A stretch of DNA of 64,000 nucleotides from Cirrosporium novae-zelandiae. Its lineage: Eukaryota. Where the stretch lies: positions 992,001-1,056,000 of the forward strand of contig JAPETS010000003.1 in assembly GCA_026023565.1 (NCBI GenBank), read 5' to 3'. The notes beneath the pieces are model-generated. The model ran no database searches, was not told the origin of the DNA, and saw only the letters and a program-made list of their open reading frames with translations. Both the position numbers and the translations under genes were made by a program. Shown one piece after another: positions 1-9,600 of this stretch. How positions within the stretch are numbered: position 1 is the first letter of the stretch; each line of letters opens with the position of its first letter.

Positions 1-624
1 CCCTGCAAAATTGTCAGCTGCATTCGCGGATTTGGTATTCTGTGACATACGCATAGCATTGATCTGTAGCAACTGCAACCGCGCTTCCTCCTGAACTCCC
101 GCCAGCTGAATATATCTTCTGGGAAGTACTTAGATGATTTTTCACAACACCGAATGCAGAATTTGCAGAATGCGATCTAGAGAGCAGATCTATTAGTACG
201 GTGCAATCTATGTCTCATTATACTGCAGTATCTCACCCCATGCCAAATTCATCGAGATTAGTCTTCCCGGCAATGATAGCTCCATGTTCCTTTAATTGCT
301 CAACTACCGCCGCATCGTAGGGGCTCGTAAAATTCTTCAAAATTCTAGAAGCACAGGTTGTAGGATAATCGGCGGTACAGATATTGTCCTTCACCGCTAT
401 GAACCTGTCAAGAAGATTGGGTTTTCCATTTACTTGTAAATATTAGCGGGTGCAATATAGGTATACAGATACGGAAACCAACAGAAGGGACGAAGGTTTT
501 CTGCCTTCTTGACCTGACGGCGTACTATATCCGGATTGTCGCGGGGCCTGATGAACGCGTTCAGGTGCTCGAAGTGCCTTTGGCGCTCCAAATATCGAGC
601 TGCTCTTCCAAGCAACTCCGGCAT
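1..624 (-). CDS. HER2: Glutamyl-tRNA(Gln) amidotransferase subunit A, mitochondrial (amidase signature); 5' part only, runs off the window start
   Basis: Spliced translation [25 protein letters not shown]...|[78 protein letters not shown]...[14 protein letters not shown]. Contains the amidase motifs [14 protein letters not shown] and GGSSGGS; exons separated by GT-AG introns. Confidence 0.9.
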
Positions 625-946
625 AAGGAGTGGAATTGTGGAGTTGATCTGTAACGGGCGACGGTGAGCGTGCGCAATACGTTCCAGCTCCCTTCTACAA
701 ATGGAGGGATTTTCTTTTACGATCTTGATAAGATAATTACATGTTCCATGTAAGATTAGTTTAATTTAGCGAGGTCATTCAATCCCTATCAGTTGTCAAT
801 TTCCAATATTATTGAAAGATATATCATCATTCACAGTATATACCAAGAGGTCTCAAACGATTAATGACATGGCTTCAATAACATTCTTACAAGGACCTAG
901 GTTTACAACATAATTAGTGGGATGGGCTGTGCTCCCTGAAAGACGA

Positions 947-1149
947 CGTTACAAGGTGATCTCTAGCGTAGTCGCGTTCTTCGAGAAACTCTCCTGGAAG
1001 TTTGGGTCCCCTGAGGGTCGACGCATAAATTTCCCCCCTTGTGGGGCAAGATATGCCGTGGTGCCTTGCGATCGAGGCACAAATTAATTGAATTTTTGAT
1101 TTGTTGGCCGTATCAAAGTTCAGGCTGCGGCCATCTTTTGCTTGTAACG
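947..1149 (+). ncRNA. Candidate structured RNA of unknown class
   Basis: Closing helix 947-955/1141-1149 encloses several hairpins plus two crossing stems. G-U pairs favour the + strand. No family recognised. Confidence 0.3.
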
Positions 1150-1717
1150 ACCATGTTCTCCTCTTCTTCGATGTACTGAGTAATTATCTAGTTAATTCCG
1201 TGCTTTGATTCAGATTTATCAGTTGGCTCTCAAGAATCCAAAAATAGTGCGAAACAGTCAAAACGATCAAAACGATCAAAACGATTGCGAAAGTTTTCCT
1301 ATCTGACTCCTCATTCCTCAGACTCAGGGGAGGGGGGGGGGGGGTGACCAGGTTAAAACAGTACGAGTCAAGTACGAGTAAAGTCTGTGTGTACCACAGT
1401 AGAGGGCGTACATGTCGGGATCTCGGGATTAACCGCTAAACTGAGACCGGAGCAAAAAGTAGCAAAAAGTATCCCACCAAAGTGTCCACCCAGCGCCCAC
1501 CCAGTGCCACCCTACTCAGCCAACAATCCCATCTTAGTGAGATTTCATCCATCTTATGGATAAAGCCCCTTGCGCGCCCACTGCCCTGTCCCTCCCTTCT
1601 TAAGGACACATTTCCTCTTCATCTTCCTGTTCATCCAACTTCAACCTTCCTCATTTCCCCACCATCTATTTGACTCCAGGCATCCATCATCCTTATATAC
1701 TATTCACCTAAAAGAAC

Positions 1718-1839
1718 ATGTGGCCTTTTCCTTAGGTATGTGGCAAATAGCCTTCTACTTCTTCCCTTTTGTCCCCACAAACTATTCCTCCCAGTTTGAG
1801 TCGTATCACCAAAGTTATAGCCAGTACTTACTATCTTAA
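1718..1839 (+). promoter_or_regulatory. Two upstream ORFs in the hacA 5' leader (MWPFP*, 1718-1735; 33-aa uORF, 1738-1839)
   Basis: Both begin ATGTGG, lie downstream of a TTATATA at about 1692 and end before the ATG at 1899. uORFs are known in Trichoderma/Aspergillus hac1/hacA leaders. Confidence 0.5.
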
Positions 1840-1898
1840 CAGTTTCAAGGCGTGGTAAAGAGCCGTCTTTCATACTTCTGGGATCCTTTCAAGTACAT

Positions 1899-2970
1899 AT
1901 GGCATCTACACCCTCAGTCCAAGGGACTGCAAGTCCCTCGCCGTTTCCTGACGACTCTTGCACTACCTCGCCCGCTCCCTTGACTCTATCTGAATCTCGA
2001 GATGCAACACCTGCGCCAAAAGCAGCACCAAAAAAGAGAAAGGCTTGGGGTCAACCACTTCCCGAACCCACAACCAATCTTCCTCCTCGGTATGCCTGCA
2101 AGCAAATGGAATGTCTTTGTCCATTATTAACAATTACTGCTTTAGAAAGCGAGCCAAGACTGCAGCAGAAAAGGAGCAACGTCGAATTGAACGAATAAAA
2201 CGGAACCGAGCAGCAGCCCAAACTTCAAGAGAAAGGAAACGGCAAGAATTTGAGGCAATTCAGATTGGAAAGCAACAGGCCGAAGCCGAGAATGAATCCC
2301 TTAAACTACGGCTATCCGCTGCTGAAGCCCAAATCAATTTCTTGAAGGCTCAACTCAAGGACTTCGCTCCAAGTTTGCCAAATATCCAAAACTTACCTCC
2401 CACCACCTTCCAACCAGGCGAATCAATACTCTCACACAATGCATCGCCCACCCTAACACCCTCTTTATTCTCCCGAGAGGAAGAAACATCCCTCAAACAC
2501 GAGGATAGTGATCAACAGATCATGTCGCTTCTATCAGTTCCTCCGAATGATAATGCCGGCCAACATCCATTATCACCCTCATCCATCTCTGAAGGCCGAT
2601 GTAAAGACGATTCTGAGCTTACCTCTAACGTGACACAACTTCCGGCAGTGGGGTTGTGTGACCAGCAGTGTCCGTTAGAGAACAGCCAGACTTCGCCTCT
2701 CCAAACAGCCTTCAATTTGAGAGTGATGCAGTATGTTTTGATGATGATCCAATTGCCCCTTCAGATATGGATCACTCCTTTATTTCAGACAGTTCATTCT
2801 TTAAAGAATCGTTCATCCATTCTGAATCCTTCCTGGTTCCATCAAACAATGATCCTATTTTTAACGACTTTACCAACCTCGAATCCTTCGGTGACCAAGG
2901 CCTTGACTTTTCGCTGCAAGGAATTCCAGACTCTGCTGAAATGCAATCCCGCCCTGGCGCGTCCTATTAA
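1899..2970 (+). CDS. HAC1: bZIP unfolded-protein-response transcription factor HAC1/HacA (IRE1-spliced form; the unspliced frame continues to 3253)
   Basis: KKRKAWGQPLPEPTTNLPP|RKRAKTAAEKEQRRIERIKRNRAAAQTSRERKR basic region. Spliceosomal intron 2090-2145. The 20-nt unconventional intron 2646-2665 shifts translation to the acidic frame SVREQPDF...GASY*. Confidence 0.95.
2623..2680 (+). promoter_or_regulatory. IRE1 cleavage element: twin stem-loops flanking a 20-nt unconventional intron (2646-2665)
   Basis: 7-nt loops CGG|CAGT and CAG|CAGT match the CNG|CNG consensus. Stems are ACACAACTTC/GGGGTTGTGT and GAC/GTC. The outer helix CTCTAACG (2623-2630)/CGTTAGAG (2673-2680) is perfect. Confidence 0.93.
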
Positions 2971-3798
2971 GGATGCGACTATCGAGCGAATGCAACAGCT
3001 GGAATGGAATTTCAAAGGCGTTCAGGGTAGGGTCGAAAGGAAAAATGTTAGGTTGGAATGGAATCTGATGGGGGCAATTCTCTGGTCTATTGATGAGGTT
3101 TGGGGTGAGTCCGGTTTACTTTCTACGCTGGGTGATAGGAATATGGTGGCACCTGTGATTAAGGTTTCTACCAAATATCGGAGATCTCGTGTTCGTCATG
3201 AAAAGCTCCGGACTCAGGCGTTAGGGCGACACATGGGACGCAGGCTACAATGACCTCTACTTTGTAAAACTAGTTTAAACATTTAAGACACTTCTGTGTG
3301 AGACAATATAGATGATGTCGGCTATCTATGAGTCTATGACAGTAATACATAAATATCTTCACTTGTAAAGTAGAATAGCTTTAGTTGGGCTTATGAGTAT
3401 TATTGCCACAACCAAAGTGCTCGGTACCTTTAGTCGCTGGCGTAGATGAATATAAACGGCAGTTACCGAACATAGGACGTAGCGGTTCCAAATTCAACAG
3501 CTCCATCATTCTATTCCAACTCCATTACAGGCGACTCGACGTTCTTCTAGATAGCTGGTATGGATTGCAGGGCAACGTGCCCTTTCTGGTTCATTGCTCG
3601 TTGTTTCCCAGAGCGCTTACTGCACCTAACCGTAAACGGTTAGGTTGTTTGCTCGGTTTGCTCATCACGTATATATATACCCCGCCAAACGGGCGATAGT
3701 TACCTAGAAAATACAACTACTTTGCAGATATTATTTCCTTAACCCACCTTACTTACCAATAACCCAGAACAGTTCCACATCAAACTATCCTCAACAAC

Positions 3799-4584
3799 AT
3801 GTCTGGACTGGAGAAGGCTCTCTTTAACCTCAAAGTAAGAGATGTTCCATTAACAGTAGCTTAATACCCCACCTTACTGATATTTCTGTTTTTACCAGTT
3901 TACCGCAAAGCAGCTTAATCGCCAAGCTGCTAAGGCTGGGAAAGATGAAACAGCTGAGAAGAATAAATTGAAAAAGGTGATTTCTTTTTAATATTATTAT
4001 CTACTTGTTCTAGGAGCGCTTGGTCAGTCTTTAACTAACGTGACGTAGGCTATCCAACAACATCATGAAGATATCGGCAAAATCTACGCTCAGAACGCCA
4101 TTCGAAAGCAAAACGAAAAGCTGAACCTCTTACGATTAGCATCAAGGATCGATGCAGTTGCTAGCCGGGTCCAGACAGCCGTGACCATGAGGCAGGTCTC
4201 TCAAAGTATGACCAATGTCGTTAGAGGAATGGACCAGGCGATGAAGAGTATGGACTTAGAGAAGGTTAGTAAATATAAACTTATTACTGCATAAGTACTG
4301 ATATATGTCTCTATGACTAGATCTCCGCAGTCATGGACAGGTTTGAAACTCAGTTCGAGGATGTCGACGTTGCAACTAGCTATTACGAAAATGCCACCTC
4401 ATCAGCCACGGCGGTCTCGACTCCTCAGGAGGATGTAGATCGGTTAATGAGCAAAGTTGCGGATGAGGCGGGAGTAGAACTTCACCAAGAGATGGAGGCA
4501 GCGTCGGTAGCAAAAACAAAGATTGGACCTACCGAAGAAGAAGAAGAAGGGCTCGGGGAACGGTTGAGGGCACTAAGAAGTTAA
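3799..4584 (+). CDS. DID2: ESCRT-III-associated Did2/Vps46 (CHMP1), 4 exons
   Basis: [29 protein letters not shown]...|[23 protein letters not shown]...[15 protein letters not shown]...|[14 protein letters not shown]...[10 protein letters not shown], ending in a MIM1-type tail. Confidence 0.93.
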
Positions 4585-4661
4585 AGTGTGCGCACCAGTA
4601 TTATGGAAGACTACTAGGGATAGAGAGGGAGCCGACACGCGAGTCCCAAAATAATCGGGGC

Positions 4662-4834
4662 TGTTACGACGCCTAGGATATGGGCTCAGTGAGGCTCTAT
4701 CTGGGTGTATAACTGGTGTGGATCCTATGACTTGAGGTTCTAGAAGCTAAGGTGCAAGGTGAGGATCTATATACAGTGGGTCATGTGACCCAGATCACAT
4801 GATATCCGTGCATGTGGCTTGGTATTCTGTAACA
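4662..4834. mobile_element. Solo LTR (173 bp), same family as 14584-14724
   Basis: Ends are TGTTAC...GTAACA with flanks GGGGC/GGGAC (5-bp TSD, one mismatch). The first ~60 bp align with the reverse complement of the 14724 end. Confidence 0.75.
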
Positions 4835-4919
4835 GGGACTCACAAATTTCAACCCCCAGAGCTCCCCACCAATTTAACCCTTGACACCCACCTTACCATC
4901 GACTCACTGCTACCTCACT

Positions 4920-5923
4920 ATGCCTACTTATTACGATACTCCTAAGAAATCTCAAATTAAGGGAGCTATTCAATATTTGGAAACCAAGCACATTCCTTAT
5001 TCAAAAATCGACGTTTTCTGAACTTTCCACGTATCAAAAACTCGAGGATGGGAAATACTATCTTCCAACTTCCGTCGTTTCCATAACAACCCATTAACTG
5101 TTGAAACTCGCGATCGCAAACCCTTAATTTCGACCAAGAAAATCAGGAAAATGGAAAAAAATTCTAGAAGATTGGGGATATGAAAGTCGTATACTTACAT
5201 GGGAATTTTTGGGCTATAAGGCTGGATTGGCTTGTTCATCTAAAACAGTGAAAAAAAACTATGGGAACGATGGATTATCACAAATATGTTGTATGTCGCA
5301 AAGGATGAGTTAATGAACGGTTGACTAAAGAGTGCAAGGACTGGGCGGAATTTATTCTTAGTTCGATACCCAGAGCCCGAGGACTGGTATCGTGTTCGAT
5401 TTACTGACGCAGTCCACCTTGGGTCCGGTCTCGAAGGGAGAGTTTATATTATCCGTAAACCTGGGGAACGTCACTATCAAGATTCCTTGTAACGCCAAAC
5501 AGAAACGACATCATTGTTGGGCTGGGGCAGGCTGGGATTTTAAATCGAATATCTATTTCTATGACGTTCCGGGGAATTTGAACGGGAAGATGATTCAAGC
5601 AGGCTATAAATACTCTATTTTGGAACCGATTGTTAAGCCTTGGATCCAGTCAGGACAGGACTTTGTATTAACAGAAGATAGAGATTCTGGTCACGGTAGG
5701 AGTCGGTCCAACCCTGTACGAACCTGGAAGGGGTATAGGTTAGAATATTATTGAGAATTGCTGGCAAGCTATTAAACAACACGTACACAAACATCCTCAT
5801 TGGGACGAAGAAATCACGAAAGTATTGATTTATGAGGGTTGGGGGAATATAAATCAGGGCTTTATTAATACGCGGGTGGATTCGATGCCAGACCTTCTAC
5901 GTGCTGTCATTGAAGGCGATGGT
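4920..5923 (+). mobile_element. Degenerate Tc1/mariner-superfamily DDE transposase (pseudogene)
   Basis: MPTYYDTPKKSQIKGAIQYLETKHIPYSKIDVF* N-terminus, then WYRVRFTDAVH, NLNGKMIQ, VLTEDRDSGHG, ENCWQAIKQ and INTRVDSMPDLLRAVIEGDG. In-frame stops, frameshifts and a missing SPDLN-type block; no right TIR seen. Confidence 0.8.
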
Positions 5924-7063
5924 AATGTATCAAGAAAGCTATTCTAGTTAATAGGGATGGGTGAGTGGCGACGTGGGTGACAAGGGCACTTTTGATGTTT
6001 TCGGCTAAAAGCTAGGTCTGGCTATAGATCCATCCAGGCTCTCTATATGACAACGACATTTTGCAAATACGTATTCTGGAAAAGGATATTTTTATTTTTC
6101 AATACATAATCCTTTCCAGGTGCATCTCTAGTGTTGCGGCGGCAAGCTTTGTTCATGTGCTTGTGAGTACGGCTTACAAGACATGGATGGATATTAGCAT
6201 ATGGAAACCAATGATCGCTATTGTACTTGGGAATGTCTATGAAAGATTACAAGTAACTAGATAGCTGAACGTTTGCTGATCACTACACCTAGGTTTCCTG
6301 CAGTATTATTCTTATTGAAAACTTCACCAGTGGGGAAGCAGCAATGACAGAAGCGACACGGGTTCTGGATCCAAAGAAGCACCCTTCAACAAATTTCAAC
6401 GTCTCCCCTCGCCTGAGAATATCATTTACGCCAGCTAATGGTTCTTAATGACGGCAAATGATGAAATAACTGTTGCGGTCGGAGCGGTAGCCTTTAACGG
6501 GAGTACGGGTCATGACAGGAAAAGCGGAGAGCTTGGTCTAAGCTTTTATCATTTTGCACATTTTTAACCATCAGACCTTAAATCATCGTCATTAGCTTTA
6601 CTCTTCACCATGAGTTTTTTATTACTTGACACACCCTGGATACAACCTTTCATATAGAATAATATCTATTCTAAAATTGCTCCTAGATTCTCAGACCCAT
6701 GCGAACTACCTACATAAAAAGTACCGTGATACAATATCAACTCGAGGTTTAATCAACACTCGAAGTCTTGAAGTCAACCATGTGAGAGGCCTAGTTAGTT
6801 TCGGCAATCTGCGGACAAAGCAACCTCTTCTCCAAGCTAACTACCGTCGATGGTTTATATGGATGTCGGTTCATTGCCTTGTTGGGATTCAGTATTATTC
6901 AGAGACAGCATTATGGCGTAGGCGTGAATCATAGTCATTATACGAGCCTAGTTTGTCCTTTATTTCAGGAATGTATATATAATCTCCTCTTCTTAGTATC
7001 ATGCCCCTTTCTATTATCTTCCTAGCTCACCAAAAAGCCCCTTGAATCTACACCTAATTCAAG

Positions 7064-8710
7064 ATGGTCCGTCGACATTTCATCTCTGTCCTATTGATCT
7101 TAGTTTCCCTTGCAGCTACACTAGCTGTCCCTGTATCCCTCCATCCAGACACAACAGATAGCGATTACTTCGTCACTGAAACAACTAATACCCATTTCCC
7201 TGGAACGGTGAATAGCAAAACTTATTATGCCCAAACAGTAACTACTGATCCAGCAACAGTCCCTGCCCCTCCTGTGAGAAGTAGCCAATTTACTGGTCCT
7301 ACAAGTCATGGCCCATATTCTGGAACCCCAACTACCACTGGAGCTTTGAGTACAGCTGCTTTAGCAAAGACTATTCCTGCTCTCCCCCCAAATCCGACAG
7401 CAACTACCTACATTCGAGACGGGAAACTCCATGCTCCTGAGCCTATTCCATATGAACCGGCAGGTGGCCTGGGCACGAATGGCACTGAACCAGTATATAC
7501 ACCGCACAGTGATTTTGACTATGAGTCTCTAGTACGTTGACTTTAGTATGAAGTATTTTCCATTACTCACGACGATTAGGCGCTCGCCTTATATCAAGAA
7601 TGGATCGAGCTTGATTTATTTCACAATGGATTGGCAACCTTCTCTGTAGCGGATTTTGAAGCAGCTGGTCTTACTGCAGAGGACCGCTTTTTAATCGAAT
7701 TCATGGCAGACCAGGAAGTGGGGCATGCCACTCTCATTTCAAACATGCTCGGAGCGGCTGCACCAAGGCAATGCACTTATAATTATCCATTTCAAACCGT
7801 ACGAGAATACAATGACTTCTGCATGAAGTTGACAAGATGGGGTGAATCTGGTGTGTATGGTTTTCTGAATCACCTGGATTCACGAGAGGCTGGCCAGTTA
7901 CTACTTCAGTCCATTTCGACCGAAGCACGACAGCAAATGATTTTCCGCCAGTTTGACGGCTTATTCCCCATGCCGGTTTGGTTTGAAACGGGCATTCCTC
8001 AGAGCTGGGCCTGGACTTTGCTTGCCCCTTTTATGTAAGCGGACAAGGCCTATTAGCATTATATTAGATACTGATTGTTACTCAAGATCAGAGTGCCCTA
8101 TAAACCAAACTCGGCTTGCCTGGCAAAATTTTCCGGCTCTAAATCTCTTGAACCAGCCAAATCCAGCCCGCATTGATGGAAGTAATGTGACAGCGGAAGA
8201 TCACATCGATAGCGAGGGGACAGGAACATTAAATTCCACCATACCAGCTAGTGATGCTTGCTTTAATAAGACCGTCGTTGGCGAAAATTGTAGTCCTGGT
8301 ATCAGCCGTAACCGGTGAGTAACTCTCTCGATTATTTCTATGTCGCAGCTACTTATTATTTCAGGTCGATGCCACTCAGTTATGCAGGGCGTCAGGTATA
8401 CTTGAGCTGGGAGAGTCCAGGGAAGCCCATTGGTCCTAATAACTCGTATACCACGTTCACCAGCGCCGGTACTCCGAAATATGTAATGTGGGTAACTCAG
8501 CTTAACGCTACTTACTCGTCCCTTAAAGTAACTGGAAAAAATATGGGAATGACCATTCAGCCTAATGTCTCTACCTATGCTGGAGATCCTGCCATTAATG
8601 GTACCATGTATATTGCTCTCACAGATACTGACCTCGCTGTTACCCCATTCAACTTATCGATGATCAACCCTCATGTGGCTGCGGGACCTGCTCTATACCA
8701 GGCTGGCTAA
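7064..8710 (+). CDS. Rds1-like stress-response protein with ferritin-like domain and signal peptide, 4 exons
   Basis: N-terminal hydrophobic signal; DFDYESL|ALALYQEWIELDLFHNG, MADQEVGHA, TRWGESGVYGFL, EARQQMIFRQF and HVAAGPALYQAG. Introns at about 7532-7579, 8034-8087 and 8315-8364. Confidence 0.85.
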
Positions 8711-9600
8711 TAGCACTACATCACCGAAACTTCATACAGCATGGTTAAGATGCATCAGAGGCCGTAAATAAGCATCGGTTAAGGATTAAGGACTAACGAA
8801 TGCCCTTTCGTTTGAAATCATATTTCATGAGCATTGACTGACCAAAACACAAATGTGTATGTGAGATAACAGAATGCAACCTGTTATGGGCAGAAACGTA
8901 AATAATAATGGATAAATATTCTCTCGTAACTAAGCAAGCTTGGAAAGAATAGGCCACTAGATGATTTGCACCACTGTTAATGACTTACGGAACTTTTACT
9001 TGGCTAGACCCCGCCATGCTCACAAAGCTTAGTTAGACTAGACTAAGCCCCAGACTTTTATTTTCTCCTTCTCTCATGCGACATTGACGGATACTTACCC
9101 TGATTCGTCGCTATATTTATCCTAGATTCAGCTTGGCTTATGGTTTCCTCAATGGGGTAAAGGATAGCCTTATCTATAGGATACCTAGATCAAATTACCA
9201 ATGCTATAGGTTATATTTCGACATCTGATAATTAATCGAAATTTTTAAGATGGAAGGATATTTGATGTGGGAAGTTATGCGGAAACCTCCGGCCTCCTAT
9301 TTGGCCATGATCAGGGATTTGAATCCTAAGAATTATCATGGTGTTGAACAAGCAGCAGTGAACATCCTAGATTCAACCATTCACAGCGACAGGTTCTGTT
9401 ACCTTCGAATTTCTGGCCCCCAATCTCTCCCCAAGACAGATTAGTGAACCATTGGCCCCCCGCATAAGGCTGTGATGATTTTCAGGTTCAGCTCAGAGAC
9501 TATAGACATGTATAAAAATGCCTCTGGTGCCAGAGATAGATGCTATTCTGGCATCAAAGCAGAGCAAAGATATATGCCCTAACTAATCACTTTCTACTTT

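Noticed and set aside
650..953. TGTAACG...CGTTACA as a 304-bp solo LTR
   Set aside because: Flanks TGATC/AGGTG are not a TSD, it would abut the gatA start codon, and it shows no similarity to the other LTRs.
957..1097. tRNA, snRNA, RNase P, group I intron or telomerase identity for the structured element
   Set aside because: No cloverleaf or GTTCGA B-box, no U1/U2/U5 signatures, RNase P conserved regions out of order, no room for P4-P6, and no TAACCC template.
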